Assembly (NCBI GenBank): GCA_963755045.1
Contig: CAVWIL010000001.1
Span: 55,484 to 119,483 of the forward strand
Direction: 5' to 3'
Source of the DNA: Nitrospirota bacterium
GTDB taxonomy: Bacteria > Nitrospirota > UBA9217
Length of the DNA: 64,000 nucleotides
Within the stretch, counting starts at the first letter, position 1. Every line of letters begins with the position of its first letter. Shown here one piece after another: positions 19,917-34,927 of the stretch. The notes beneath the pieces are model-generated. The model did not search any database and was not told where the DNA came from. It saw only the letters and a list, made by a program, of their open reading frames with translations. The translations under genes were made by a program, and so were the position numbers.

Positions 19917-20560
19917 TTATTTCTCCCCCCGGTGCTTCAATCCCGCTATTTCTGTCATCCGCAGCTCGGCCTCGTGGGTCTTTCCCTGCCGCATGAGATC
20001 GATCGCATCTGAGTCCACGATCGCCTGAAATACCGCCTGCCGTTTCTGTTCGTCGGGGACCTCTTCCCGCAGCCTTGCGGAGACCGACATCTTATCGAGG
20101 AAGCCCGTACTCGGGGCCATAGCGCTCCTCCATTTCCTGGCGGATCTTTTTCGAAAGGGCCGGGCTCGCGCCGCTCGTGGAGACGGCGATGAGGAGTTCC
20201 CCGCGCTCGTGCGTCGAGGGGACGATGAAGGTGCTTTCCTCCGGCGGCGACGCCACGTTCACCAGCATGTGCCGCTTCCTGCACGCCTGCGCCGCTCGCG
20301 TGTTCACCTCCGGCGAACCGGTGGCTGCGATCACCAGGAATTGGCCGGAAAGGTCTGCTTCTTCAAAATTCCTCTTTATATGGGTGATCTTGCCCGACAG
20401 GGAGAAGCTCGTGCAGTTTGCTGCTCAGCGAGGGACTTATGACCGTAACGTCGGCTCCTGCCTCGAGGAGGGAAAAAGTCTTGCGCTCGGCCACTGTGCC
20501 TCCGCCGATGACCAGGCAGGGCCTTTCGCGAAGGTCCAGGTAGGCGGGGTAGTATTTCAT
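19917..20560 (-). CDS. Precorrin-2 dehydrogenase/sirohydrochlorin ferrochelatase (SirC/CysG N-terminal type) with two frameshifts.
   Basis: Three consecutive ORF pieces read 'YPAYLDLRERPCLVIGGGTVAERK', 'LVIAATGSPEVN..LVNVASPPEESTFIVPS..LLIAVSTSGASPALSKKIR' and a C-terminal helical part. The start overlaps the bamD stop (ATGA). Confidence 0.8.
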
Positions 20561-21283
20561 GGATTTTCTAATTTATGGATGAGGGCCAGCGCAGTTTCCT
20601 TCATGGCGGGGTATTTCTGGGAAAGGGTCTCGAACCTGGCCCGGGCCTGGTCCTTTTCGCCCAGTTCCATGTACGAAAGGCCAGCATAGTAGAGCGCGTC
20701 CTTCTCGGCTGAGGACCCCGGATAGTCCTTGAGCAGTCTTTCGCACCTGCCAATCGCCGCCTTGTACGACTTCCTTTTTATAATAGAAGTGCGCGACATA
20801 GAGCTCATAGTCCGCGATCCAGTCCTGGCAGATGGCAATGTATTTCTCGCCTGTTCGTCGTAGCCGCTCTTCGGATACTTCTCGAGAAGCTTTCGCATCT
20901 CCCTTACCACATCGTGGGCGGGCGTGGGGTCCCGGTCAATGGTCGTGAGCTCTTGGTAGTAGCACATCGCGATCTGGTACTGGGCGTATGCCGCGTCCTT
21001 GTTCACGGGATGGTAGTTCAGAAATGCCTGGTACTCGACGAGCGCTTCACTGTATTTTTCCTCGCCGAAGTACGTGTCGGCTACGCGGAGCATCAGTACC
21101 GCGTCGTAGCTCTTGTCCGGAGACTTTTCCTGGATCTCCTGATATTCCTTGCGGGCCTTTTCGAACGCATCCGTTGCGCATGCTTTCTTCGGCTTCTTTG
21201 AAGAAGCCACAGCGTCGAAGGGCGGTTCCTTACCAGCGCACGCGGCGAGGGGCAAGGAACAGTATGATCAGTATTTTTTTCAT
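20557..21283 (-). CDS. bamD: Outer-membrane assembly lipoprotein BamD (TPR). There is a frameshift near 21250 and a pair of compensating shifts near 20760-20830.
   Basis: 'MKKILIILFLA' and the lipobox 'PLAAC' lie in two different frames. TPR helices are present. The expected 'IAICQDWIADYELYVAHFYYKK' is readable only in an alternative frame. Confidence 0.75.
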
Positions 21284-21381
21284 GAGAGAGGAAGTATGAA
21301 CGTATCCGAAGATCACGGAGACTTCACGGATGATCGTTAAATTTTTCTCTGCGGATAATGCAATACGTTCGGTCTTGGAAA

Positions 21382-21468
21382 TGGTGCCGAAGGGGGGACT
21401 CGAACCCCCACGGGATTGCTCCCACTGCGCCCTGAACGCAGCGCGTCTACCAGTTCCACCACTTCGGC
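21382..21468 (-). tRNA. tRNA-Leu (anticodon CAG), 87 nt with an encoded CCA.
   Basis: The sequence is GCCGAAGTGGTGGAACTGGTAGACGCGCTGCGTTCAGGGCGCAGTGGGAGCAATCCCGTGGGGGTTCGAGTCCCCCCTTCGGCACCA. It has a 7-bp acceptor stem, the anticodon loop UUCAGGG, a long variable arm and a GTTCGAG T-loop. Confidence 0.95.
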
Positions 21469-21478
21469 ACGAGTGCAT

Positions 21479-21507
21479 AATATAAAGAGAATATCCGTGA
21501 TTGTCAA
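21479..21507 (-). promoter_or_regulatory. Sigma70-type promoter for tRNA-Leu.
   Basis: The minus strand reads TTGACA-N17-TATATT, with the -10 ending about 10 nt before the tRNA 5' end. Confidence 0.5.
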
Positions 21508-21649
21508 GGAAGTTTTTAGCGCTTCATGATAAATGTGGCAGGCTTTGAGCACATATTTCAGTTCAGTCTGGGATTGTTTTCAGAGGATCATATTAAGAGA
21601 GCAGACCGCTCATAAATAACTTCCCCTGGCTGATATACGCCGCAAGATC

Positions 21650-22097
21650 TTAATCCTCCCGGGAGTCGAGGGAAATCGTCACCGGACCGTCATTCACGAG
21701 AGATACCTGCATCATCGCTGCGAACGTGCCTGTTTGGACCGGGACCCCGATATCGCGAAGCCGTTTGATGAAGAGCTCGTACATCCGCTTTGCCTGTTCC
21801 GGCTCCTCCGCATTGTCGAAAGAAGGCCGGTTTCCCTTTCGCGTTGAGGCCGCGAGCGTGAACTGCGAGACTACCAGCACTTCGCCTGTTGATTTCCATT
21901 ACGGAGCGGTTCATCTTTCCCCGCTCGTCTTCAAAGATCCTGAGCAATGATACCTTCCGGGCCACGTACTCGAGGTCCTTTTCAGTGTCCCCTTTGACTG
22001 CGCAGAGAAACACCAGGAGCCCTTTCCGGATGCCGCCGACCGTGGCTCCCGCGATCTCAACATGTGCGGACGTAGCACGCTGAATCAAGGCTTTCAT
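21650..22097 (-). CDS. dtd: D-aminoacyl-tRNA deacylase with one frameshift near 21885.
   Basis: '[28 protein letters not shown]' is in ORF 21690-22097 and '[31 protein letters not shown]' is in ORF 21650-21880. Confidence 0.85.
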
Positions 22098-22218
22098 GAC
22101 TAAATTTTTAGCATGTTCACAATGTGACTGTCAATTGATTTTGGCACAATCCGCTTGCATTGACAGTTCGTCCGGATTAATATCCATACAATAATAACGG
22201 CATAAGGACTGTCTCTTC

Positions 22219-23267
22219 ATGAATACGACCCCCGATACGATAACCGACCTTAAAGGTCTGACGCCCCGTGAGCTGGACCTGTTCTGCACGCGTACTCTGG
22301 GACAGCGGGCTGGACAGGGCACCCGGGTTGCTGTCCGGCTCTTTGGCAGGAAGATCGAGGATATCGATGCCATGGCCGATCTGAACAGGCCCTTTCGGGA
22401 GCAGCTGAAACGCTCCTGTATGATCTCCGCGCTCGCGATCGGACGGCGAACGACATCAGAGGACGGGACCGAGAAACTGTTGTATCGCCTGGATGATGGG
22501 AACTCGATCGAAGGCGTGGTCATACCAGGCCCGGGAGGACGGCTCACACTCTGCGTTTCGTCACAGGTCGGGTGCGCATCCGGCTGCGGCTTCTGCCTTA
22601 CCGGATCGGGCGGCCTGGTGCGAAATCTAACACGGCGGAACTCGTAAATCAGGTTTTCGCGGCGGGACAATCGTGGGGGGAAAAACGATCACGAACATCG
22701 TCCTTATGGGCACGGGCGAGCCGCTCGCCAACTATGCCGCGGTCAGATCGTTCATCGAGATCGCAACGGACCGGAACGGCATGGGGTTTTCGCCCAGAAA
22801 AGTGACTCTGTCCACCTGCGGGCTTGCCCCGATGATCGAGAAGCTCGCGAATGACGGGGTGGAAGTGAGCCTTGCGGTGTCGTTGAATGCCATAACGGAC
22901 GAGATGCGGAACAGATGATGCCGGTGAATAAAACGTATCCTCTCGCGCGGCTTGTACGGGCGGTGAACTATTACTGCAAGAAGACGGGCAGGACAGTGAC
23001 CATCGAATATGTGCTGTTCAAAGGGATAAATGATTCCTATGGTGACGTGAAGCGGATGATGGAGCTGCTGCAGGACCTGCCGTGCATGATAAATATCCTG
23101 CTCTTTAACCCCTTCCCCGGATCCTGTTTGAGCGACCCGATGAGCAGCGCGCCTTCGATTTCCGGGACATCCTCGTAAACAACGGCTACGTGGCCGTGGT
23201 CAGGAACAGCCGGGGCCGCGATATCCACGCCGCCTGCGGCCAGCTGCGGGCGGCCTCACGGGCTTGA
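22219..23267 (+). CDS. rlmN: Radical-SAM 23S rRNA/tRNA adenine-C2 methyltransferase RlmN with at least 3 frameshifts.
   Basis: 'LCVSSQVGCASGCGFCLTG', 'NIVLMGTGEPLANY', 'TLSTCG' and 'IEYVLFKGINDS' are spread over ORFs 22219-22647, 22673-22918 and 22915-23178. The tail 'VRNSRGRDIHAACGQL' is in a further frame. Confidence 0.85.
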
Positions 23268-23433
23268 TTCAGCCCAAATAACTAATTGATAAATCCGGGG
23301 CCAAGCAAATGATTGAGGCAAAGGAAAAGCTGGGAAAGTAAAGCTTGTGTTCTTGAATTAAAAAAATAATCTTATTTTATTGCCGTCTCTGCGGCCTTTG
23401 CGGCTTTGCGTGATCTAAGGCCTCCTTTATATT

Positions 23434-24435
23434 CTATAGGAACCTTCGCCTGGCAAATGCGTTTCTATAATAAATCTCAGGCGCCTTCTCATTCCGCTTC
23501 GTCTGCCTCAACTTCTCGATGATCTCCGCCATGTCGGCAGGCGGCGGCGCAATGAACGTCATGGGGTGGCCCGTTTCGGGATGAAGGAGGGAAAGTGATT
23601 CGGCATGCAGCATCTGGCGGGAGATGAGGCGCTCTCCGTACTTCGATGCTTTTGCCCCGCCGTACACGCGGTCGCCGAGCACCGGATGGCCGATGTGCGC
23701 CATATGTACGCGGATCTGGTGCGTTCGGCCGGTCTTGATCTCCACTTCGACGAGCGTCGCGTTCTGGTAGCGCTCCTTCACGATAAACGCGGTCATTGCC
23801 TCGCGCGCCTTGTGCGTATGCACGCTGATCTTCTTCCGTTCCTTGACGTGCCTGCCGAGGCCGACCTCAATGGTGCCCGAGCCTTTCTTGATCACTCCGG
23901 CAACGAGCGCCAGGTACCGTTTCTTGACGATGCGGTTCTTGAACTGGGTCGGACAGGGACCGGAGCGCTTCCTGGGTCCTGGCAACAACCATCACCCCCG
24001 AGGTGTCCTTATCGAGGCGGTGCACGATCCCGGCGCGCTCACGGCCGCTCCTTCTCCGCCCGAAGACGGCAGGCTCCCGTAATGATACAGGAGGGCATTC
24101 ACCAGCGTGCCGGTGTAGTTTCCCGGAGCGGGATGCACCACGAGGTCCGGAGGTTTGTTCAGCACGATGATGTGGGGGTCCTCATAGATGACGTTCAGGG
24201 GGATAGGTTCAGGCAGAACATCACGGACCGGCCTTTCCGGCAGCTCGAGGGAGACCTTCTCGCCGAGTTTCACCTTGTAGCCGGGCTTCTCCGGTTTCCC
24301 GTTCACGAGGGCCAGGCCCTCTCTGATCAGCGTCTGAATGCGGTTGCGGGAGATATGGGGCTCGTAGTGGGCGATGAAGATATCAAGGCGCTTGCTGACG
24401 TGCTTTTCCGTGACGATATGATCGGTGAGAGGCAT
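23434..24435 (-). CDS. rluD: RluA-family 23S rRNA pseudouridine synthase (RluD-like) with frameshifts near 23990-24080.
   Basis: The S4 domain '[26 protein letters not shown]' is followed by '[15 protein letters not shown]', then 'KRYLALVAG' and '[21 protein letters not shown]'. Confidence 0.8.
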
Positions 24436-24546
24436 AGGGATGATGATCCGAATTGACAAATTTTCACGAATTCAGGACAAAACAGTGAACGGGAAGTCGC
24501 TGCACGAGAGTCAGCTTACTGTGAAATTTACATTCTGAATAATTTG

Positions 24547-25355
24547 TTATTTATCCTTATGACTTACCGTTGTCTTCCCGAGCCTCCAGATCATGAACAG
24601 AGAGAAGAACATGCCGATCGCAATGATCTGGGACGTGGAGATGATACCGCCGAAGTACAGTCCCCGCACCGCATCGCCCCGGAAGAACTCGATGGATGAA
24701 ACGCATGACGGCGTACAGCAGCACATAAAGCCAGAACAGCTGGCCGTCGAACTTCTTCGTACGACGAAGCAGGAGCAGCGCTCCGAAGATGAGGAGACTG
24801 CCCGCGGATTCCATCAACTGGGTGGGGAAGAGCGGCACGCTCAAGGGTGCCAGAGAATGGGGATCGCTGAAGGTGATGCAGACCGGGCCGCTGCAGGGCG
24901 CGCCGAAGCAGCAGCCGGCAAAGAAACAGCCCAGCCTGCCGAAGGCCTGGCCGAGCGCGATCGAAGGCGCCATGATGTCGGCGGTCTTCCAGACCGGGAG
25001 GCCGTGCTTCCGCACGTACCAGATGCCGACGGGCACGGCCGCAAGCAGCCCGCCGTAGAACACAAGTCCGCCTTTCCAGAGCGCGAAGGCCTCCAGCGGG
25101 TTTGTCTGCAAACTCCTGCAGATTGGTCAGCACGAAGAGGAGCCGTGACCCCACGATCGCCGTCAGGAGCATGTACACGCCCAGGTCGAGGACGCGGTCC
25201 GGGTTGACGCCTTCCTTTTTCGCCTGCCGCGCCGCAAGGTAAATTCCGAGGAGAAACCCGAGGCCGATCATCAGGCCGTAAAGCCTGATGGGGATGGGGC
25301 CGATGACCCAGTTCAGGAATTCGATGCGGGGTATTTCGAATAAAATAGGATGCAT
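24547..25355 (-). CDS. lgt: Prolipoprotein diacylglyceryl transferase with at least 2 frameshifts.
   Basis: 'PIRLYGLMIGLGFLLG', 'GGLVFYGGLL' and 'GRLGCFFAGCCFG' are present. The true C-terminus 'IEFFRGDAVRGLYFGGIISTSQII' is readable in a third frame and ends with TAA at 24547. Confidence 0.85.
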
Positions 25356-25458
25356 GAATGCTTCCTTTCGGGCGAAATCCTGCACTTTCTCAAATTCTAA
25401 GCTTCAAACAATCTCGAAACTTTTGACGTTGGAACAATTCGGATTGCGAAATTTTATT

Positions 25459-25968
25459 TCAGGCATTCTGACTACGATTCTGTTGAGTTTTCTTCATGCC
25501 TGCTTTTTGGAACAGCATGTCGATCGCCAGCAGCGCGACGCCGATCGAGATGGCCGAATCCGCCACATTGAACGACGGCCAGTACCAGGACTTGACATAC
25601 CACTGGATGAAATCGACGACCTCGCCGTAGCGTACGCGGTCGATCAGGTTGCCCAGAGCGCCGCCCGCGATAAGCGAGAAGCGAGACAACGAGCAGGCGT
25701 TCCCGGGTCTTTTTGATGAACATGGCGATCACCGCGATGGCCACGAGCGACACCGTGATGAAAAACACGCTCCGGAACGCTCCGGCGCGCCGGAAAACAG
25801 GCTGAAAGCCGCGCCCTTGTTCCGCACGTGGGTGATGTTGAAAAAACCCGGGATGACCGTGATGATCTCGTACAGCCGGACGCGCGTCTCGATAACGTAT
25901 TTCGTGAGCTGGTCGAGGACCAGGACAATGCCGATGATGGATCCGACCCAGAGATATTTATTTTTCAA
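25459..25968 (-). CDS. lspA: Lipoprotein signal peptidase II with 2 frameshifts.
   Basis: The TTG start lies 6 nt after AAGGAG. 'LDQLTKYV', '[15 protein letters not shown]' and '[31 protein letters not shown]' are present. Confidence 0.85.
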
Positions 25969-25997
25969 TCATGACTCCTTGGTTGAGAGCAATATCA

Positions 25998-26072
25998 CTG
26001 GATTCCCGATAGAAACATTCGGGAATGACAGTTTTTGATTTCTCATTCCGCACTCCGCACTTCCGCACTTCA

Positions 26073-26073
<1 letters not shown>
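25998..26073. repeat. REP-like unit followed by a TCCGCAC tandem array.
   Basis: ctggattcccgatagaaacattcgggaatgac lies at 25998-26029. cattccgcactccgcacttccgcacttcac lies at 26044-26073 and abuts the ileS stop. Confidence 0.8.
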
Positions 26074-28860
<2,787 letters not shown>

Positions 28861-28951
28861 TCAAGCTGTCCCTTCCCGTGAAAGAGTCGGTCCTGCGGTT
28901 TTAATTCCGCACTGTGCCCAGCGTTTACGAGCCTGCACCCGGCGCTTATCG

Positions 28952-29023
28952 AGTGGAACCGCGAATGCGGGGTGTGGCACCGCGAGTGCAGGGTGCACTC
29001 GCACTCCGCAGTCCGCACTTGAC
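28952..29023. repeat. Intergenic inverted hairpin built from GTGCGG/CCGCAC-type units.
   Basis: The core stem is gcgagtgcagggtgcactcgc at 28983-29003. It is flanked by gcgaatgcggggtgtggcac on one side and cactccgcagtccgcacttg on the other. A solo attccgcactgtg lies at 28904. Confidence 0.65.
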
Positions 29024-31503
29024 CTAGTCCGTGATCTCGTCGGGGTTGATCTTCTTTACCGGCGCTTCCGCGGCATCACCCTGGTCCAGGTTGAAGAGGT
29101 TCGTCTGCGGCTTCTGCACGGTGTCGGCGAACTTCGTGGGCTCGGTGCCCCGGCGGAACACGTCGGTGATCGCATCCGCCGTTCCCTCCCTGGCCAGAAG
29201 GCCTGATTCGGGGTCGATCTTCACGGACACGATGTCGTCGGTCGGCGTAAAGTCCTCTGCGGGCTTGTCCGCGAGCGCCCTGGCCATGACCGATATCCAG
29301 ATCGGGAGCGAGGCGCGCGCGCCTGTCTCCTTGTCGCCGAGGGAGGCCTTGGGGTTGTCGTACCCGACCCAGACACCCGTGACGATGCTCGGCGTGTAAC
29401 CTACGAACCAGGCGTCAATATAATTGTTCGTGGTGCCGGTCTTTCCCGCAATGCGGCTTGCCAAGCGACTTCGCGCCCCTGCCGGTGCCTTCCTCGACGA
29501 CGCTCTTGAGGAGGCTCGTCACGAGAAAGGCCGTGGTCCGGTCGATCGATTCGACGGGCTGCGGCTCGTAGCTCTCGAGCGGGGTGCCGTTTCCGTTCAT
29601 GATGCTCTTGATCACGATGGGCTCGGTGCGGACCCCTCCGACGCGAAGGTCGCATAGGCCGAGGTAAGTTCCAGCGGCGTCACCGCCGACGAGCCCAGGG
29701 CCGTGGTGTAGTCGTAGTTGATCTGGCTCGTGATGCCCGCCTTGCGGGCGAAATCGATGGTCTTCTCGAGCCCGATCTTTTCGATCAGCCCCACGGTAAC
29801 GGCATTGCGGGAAAGCGCCAGGGCGGTCCGGAGCCGCATGGGGCCGAGGAACCGCTCGTCATAGTTGGTCGGTTTCCACCCCTTCTTCTCGTACTCGCTC
29901 TTTTCATGGATCACGGGAAGGTCCATGAGGATCGAAGCGGGCGTGAAGCCGCTCTCGAGCGCCGCGCCGTAGATGAACGGCTTGAACGATGATCCGGGCT
30001 GCCGGTGCGCGTCGGTGGCGTGGTTGAACCCGCCTTCGACGAAATCATATCCGCCGACCATGGCGCGAACGTACCCGGTATAAGGTTCGATGGACACCAC
30101 GGCGCCCTCGACGAGCGGTGTCTGATCCAGGACAAAGGACGCGATCTGCTTTTTCTTATCGTAATCCTTCAGGCGGACCTTGATGATATCGCCCGGCTGG
30201 ACAAGCTCCTGGGGCTTCTTGAACTCCTCGGGGTCGTCCTTCTTCCTTTTCGACTTGACGAGCGCCCAGGCCATGTCGTCGTGCATGATGAAGCCCATGA
30301 GGCCACGGCCCTTGACCGTGATGTAATTGTCTCCCACGGCAAGCACGTGCGCGTTGAAACCTTCTCCGGGTTTCACCGTCACGTGGACGGTGCCCCACTG
30401 GATCGGCGTGGACTTAACCTCTTTGAACCCAACGCGGCCGCGGAACCCCTGGCGTTTGTCGAGCGCGCGGAGGCCTTCTTTGAGCGCGGTGACCGCCTGG
30501 CGCTGCAGGTCGAGGTCGATGGTCGTATAGACCTTGAGCCCGCCCTGGTACAGCTTGTCGGACCCGTATTTCTTCTCGATATACTTGCGGATGTAGTCCA
30601 CCAGGTGCGGCGCAAGCTCTTCCTGGGGCCGCAGGTTCTCAAGGTTGAGCGGCTGGTCGTAGACCTTCTTGCTCTGCTCTTCGGTGAGATACCCCTCGGC
30701 AACCATCCTCTTGAGCACATGCCACTGGCGGGCCTTCGTCAGGTCGATATCGCTGTAGGGCGAGTAGGCCGCCGGAGACTTGGGAAGGCCGGCGAGGAGC
30801 GCGGCCTCGGCCTGGTTGACCTCCCAGATGTTCTTGCCGAAATAGGTCTTGGCAGCCATCTGGACGCCGTAAGCGCCGTGGCCGAAGTAGACCTTGTTCA
30901 GATAGAGCTCGAGGATCTCCTGCTTGGTCAACTCCTTCTCGATCCGGCGCGCAAGGATCACTTCCTTGATCTTCCGCTGGATGCTCCGCTCGGACGTGAG
31001 GAACACGACCTTCGTCAACTGCTGCGTGATGGTGCTGCCGCCCTGGGCCACCCGCACCTCGATGATGTTCTTGAGCGCGGCACGCATGATCCCGCGGTAG
31101 TCGATGCCCGTGTGCTGGAAAAAGCGCGGGTCCTCCGTGGCCAGGAGCGCGTTCACCATGTATTTCGGGATCCGCTGGAGCGGGACGTAGACGCCCTTCT
31201 CGATCCTGATATGGCCCAGCACGCGCCCGTCCTCGGCGAGGATCATCGTTCCCGGGCTCGGCTTGTAGTCCTTGAGCGATTCCACCGTGGGAAGGCCGAA
31301 GGAGAAGAATGAAGAACAGGAGGGCGACAAAGAGCACGCCGGCCACGAACGCGAGACCGGCAAGCATCAGCGCCTTTTTCGGCGTCAGGCCATGGAGCAA
31401 CGGCACGAGCGATCGTGAACCAGAAGACCTTGAACTTTTCCCAGGCAAAACGGGCGAACTTCTTGAGCAGTTCAATAATTGCTTGAAACCATTTCTTTAT
31501 CAT
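29024..31503 (-). CDS. mrcA: Class A penicillin-binding protein (PBP1A: transglycosylase/transpeptidase) with at least 3 frameshifts.
   Basis: An N-terminal TM segment is followed by the GT51 motifs 'ATEDPRFFQHTGID' and 'GGSTITQQLTK'. The transpeptidase motifs 'PGSSFKP' and 'GKTGTTNN' follow. The pieces are ORFs 31243-31503, 29612-31363 and 29024-29464. Confidence 0.85.
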
Positions 31504-31710
31504 ATGCGATTTTTAAGGATAACCTCGGGATATTCCGTCTGTTTTTGGGCGGTCTGAAAATAATAACATCACGGGGGGATAAAATCAAACGAAAAGTGTA
31601 TTTCCACACACGTTTCATTGACAAGGGCCCGCAGTTTGTCATTGTATCCCCTTTGATCAATATCCACCACTGTTTTCCCACCCGCTGAAGAGACGAAAGG
31701 CCTTTCCCCT

Positions 31711-33238
31711 ATGCCGTTAAGCCACAGGACGCTGGCACAGCGGTACGATTTGATGAGCACGTATGCGCACGACATCATTCTTCTCGTCCATCCGGAGGGA
31801 AACATCCTTGACGCCACCGAGCGTGCCTTGGCAGCCTACGGCTATTCACGCGAAGAACTGCTCCGGCTGACCATCAAGGACATCCGCGCTCCCGAAACCT
31901 AGCACGATATCCCAAACCAGATGTTTCAGGTGGAGGCGCTGAAGGGACTGGTCTTTGAGACCGTGCACAAGCGGAAAGACGGTTCGACATTCCCCGTTGA
32001 GGTCAGCTCGCGGCTGATCGAGCTCGATGGGACAAAGTTTCTTTTTGAGCATTGCCCGCGACATCACCGAGCGCAAACAGGAGGGGATCGCTTTAATCAG
32101 CGAAAAGAACAGGTCAGAGGCGATCATCGCCGCCATCGGTGACGGGATCAGCATCCAGGACCGGAATTTCAAGGTGATTTACCAGAACCAGGTCGACAAG
32201 GAAATTCATGACAATCATGTCGGTGTATATTGCTACAAAGCCTATGAGTATAAAAACGAGACCTAAGAAATCTACGAAGTGGAGGCAACCTTCAAAGACG
32301 GTATGATCCATACAACAGAGAGATCGGGTCCTGACCGATAATGGTTATGATCCATGTCGAAATAACATCCTCTCCGCTCAAGAACGAATCCGGGAAGATC
32401 GTGGCGGGGATCGAGGTGGTCAGGGACATTACCGCGCGAGGCCGTGGGTCAACTCGCAGGAGGGATAGCCCACGACTTGACCAATATTCTGACTACGATC
32501 ATCGGATACAGCCATCTGCTCTTGATGAAGATGGACAAAGGCAGTCGGGGCGTCAGTTTGCCGAGCAGATCATCACCTCATCCGAACGAGCCGCCCATCT
32601 GACACGTAGCCTTCTTGCCTTCAGCCGGAATCACGTCATGGACGTGAAGGCGATCGATCTGAACGTCATCATCAAACGGTCTGAACAGCTGCTCGGGCGG
32701 GTCATCGGCGAGGACATAGAGTTCAGGATCGAGCGGTCTGGAAACGAATTGTCGGTTTTGGCCGACGTAGTGCAGATCGAACAGGTCCTTATGAATCTTG
32801 CGGCCAATGCGCGGGATGCCATGACGGTCGCCGGGATCTTGCTGATAGAAACGGAAGAAGTAACGCTGGGAGAAGACTTTATCAGGGCCAATTCCTACGG
32901 AAGACCCGGGAAGTACGCATGTTTGTCGGTAACGGATACCGGCATCGGAATGGATGAAAACACCAGACTCAGGATCTTCGAGCCCTTCTTTACAACTAAG
33001 GAGGTCGGGAAAGGCACTGGACTCGGCCTCTCGATGGTATACGGCATCATAAAGCAGCACGACGGTTATATCAATGTATTCAGCGAACCTGGAAAAGGCA
33101 CGACATTTAAAATATACTTTCCCCTGATCGCCGCAGTAGCAGTCAAAACGGGAGCTCCTGCTCATACCGAGATCTCACGGGGAACGGAAACCGTGATTAT
33201 AGCAGAGGATGACAAAACTGTTCGCGACCTGACCAGAT
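31711..33238 (+). CDS. PAS-PAS hybrid sensor histidine kinase. It has several frameshifts and is truncated in its receiver domain by the poly-G run.
   Basis: PAS pieces read '[17 protein letters not shown]' and '[22 protein letters not shown]'. The HATPase motifs read '[14 protein letters not shown]', 'DTGIGMDE' and '[12 protein letters not shown]'. The receiver domain starts '[16 protein letters not shown]' and then runs into the G run. Confidence 0.8.
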
Positions 33239-33451
<213 letters not shown>

Positions 33452-33484
33452 GAATCCCAAATGACCTCATGATATAATATCGTT

Positions 33485-33537
33485 AGCTCCGAACTCCAAA
33501 CTACTGACTACGAACTGTATTTAATCACTCCGAACTG
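33485..33537. repeat. CTCCGAACT-unit array, copy 1 in forward orientation.
   Basis: The sequence is agctccgaactccaaactactgactacgaactgtatttaatcactccgaactg. It overlaps the last codons and stop of the hemerythrin gene. Confidence 0.8.
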
Positions 33538-33949
33538 ATTGCCCCGGACCCTTCCCGCTTCTCAGAAACTCCCCGTACTTCATGTCCAATTTCATGATAT
33601 GGTCGACGATCCAGTCCACCACCACCTGGTTCGTGGTTGCGGAAAGATGATACGAGCCGCCCTGCATCCGCGTCAGGCTGCTCCTTGAGGCCGCAAGCAT
33701 GGCAAGATATTTCTTGTGGTCCTTCCGCTGTTCCTCCAGCCCCCCATAATTCGAATCGCGCATATGTTTTTCCTCTTCAGAGAAGTGGATCCGCGCGTAA
33801 TCATCGAGGAACTGGATCGTCCCTTCAATCTCGGCATTGCAGCGGTGCTCTTTGATGGCAATGGCCAGGTTGTTGATCCGTTTGAAAAGCTCTTTGTGCT
33901 GGCTGTCGATCGTGGTGATGCCCGTCGCCAGCTTATTAACCCATTCCAT
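33521..33949 (-). CDS. Bacteriohemerythrin.
   Basis: GGGAGG-N7-ATG at 33949 opens the ORF. It carries 'WVNKLATGITTIDSQHKELF', 'HFSEEEKHM', 'HKKY' and 'WIVDHIMKLDMKY'. Confidence 0.85.
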   Translation of the reverse strand: MEWVNKLATGITTIDSQHKELFKRINNLAIAIKEHRCNAEIEGTIQFLDDYARIHFSEEEKHMRDSNYGGLEEQRKDHKKYLAMLAASRSSLTRMQGGSYHLSATTNQVVVDWIVDHIMKLDMKYGEFLRSGKGPGQSVRSD

Positions 33950-34076
33950 AAAAAAGCCTCCCGGTGCGCACCATGGATAACGGATAATACCAAGGAGAAC
34001 ATGGCTAGTCAAGAGACGGAGGGATGTATGATCCAGGTCATTTGACAGGGGGGCCAAAAGGCAGTAATATATCTCC

Positions 34077-34863
34077 ATGAAGACTGCCGTCGAGCTCTAC
34101 AGGCTTTTACCGAGGACCAATTGCGGCAAGTGCGGTCTCCCAAGCTGCTTTGGCTTCGCTGCGAAGCTTGCTACACGCCAGGCGCGTCCGGCTGATTGTC
34201 CCGAAATGGCCGATGCTGCGCGTGAATCCTTCGCGAGGCCGGTGGCGGAACAGCATGGCTCGCCGGCACCGTATATGAGCAGGCCCTCGCATTCTTGCAG
34301 CCTAAAGATTCGAGCATTGGATTTTGAGAAGGTAGCGACTCTTTACGCCGTGACATCAGTGGGCACGACGAGCTTAAGATCGGATTTCTGAACGAGAATT
34401 ATATCGTCACCAAGAGAGGATTATGGATCCGGCGGTAAGGAACCCGGCCCTGGATATCATCCTCATCTACAACCATCTCTGCATTCCCGATCCGCCTCCG
34501 CATTCGGGAGAATGGATAACCTTCGGCTCGGTGCCTGCATCTCACGCAAAGGACAAGGCCTGGGCCGGCCACGTGGAGGAAGTGATCGCGAAGCATTTTA
34601 CCGGAAAGGTGGATGCGCTCAAGGCCGCCTGCGAGCGGCTCGGGGGAGTTACCGCGAACGCTCAGGGGAACCACGACGCAGCCTATGCATTCCGCTTCTT
34701 CCCTAACTATCCCGCGCTGCTGCTGTTCTATGATGCCGTTCCTGGTGAAGATTTTCCCGCGCAATGCAGACTGCTTCTGGACAAGACCGCGCCGCGTTAT
34801 CTGGACATCGAATCGATCGTCGTACTGGGGGAGGAGTTTGCTATGCGGCTTACAGCCGCGTAG
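34077..34863 (+). CDS. Fe-S-domain / DUF3786 protein with frameshifts near 34280-34420.
   Basis: The N-terminal Fe-S domain reads 'LPRTNCGKCGLPSCFGFAAKLA..ADCPEM'. The C-terminal part in ORF 34423-34863 is DUF3786-like ('FRFFPNYPALLLFYDAVPGEDFPAQCRLLLD'). Confidence 0.6.
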
Positions 34864-34906
34864 TTCGGAGTTGTGTGTTCGGAGTTTTGATTTCGTAGTT
34901 CGGAGC
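34861..34906. repeat. CTCCGAACT-unit array, copy 2 in reverse orientation.
   Basis: The sequence is tagttcggagttgtgtgttcggagttttgatttcgtagttcggagc, with three AGTTCGGAG units. Confidence 0.85.
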
Positions 34907-34927
34907 TAGATGACTTCATAAGCCCGC

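Noticed and set aside
22137-22165. A sigma54-like motif, TGGCAC-aatccgc-TTGCA, upstream of rlmN.
   Set aside because: The spacing between TGGCAC and TTGCA is 7 nt instead of 5. rlmN is not an expected sigma54 target, and no enhancer-binding protein gene is nearby.
28861-29023. A T-box or other leader riboswitch upstream of ileS.
   Set aside because: No specifier or T-box consensus is visible. The structured part consists of the same TCCGCAC-type repeat units found at other, unrelated loci.
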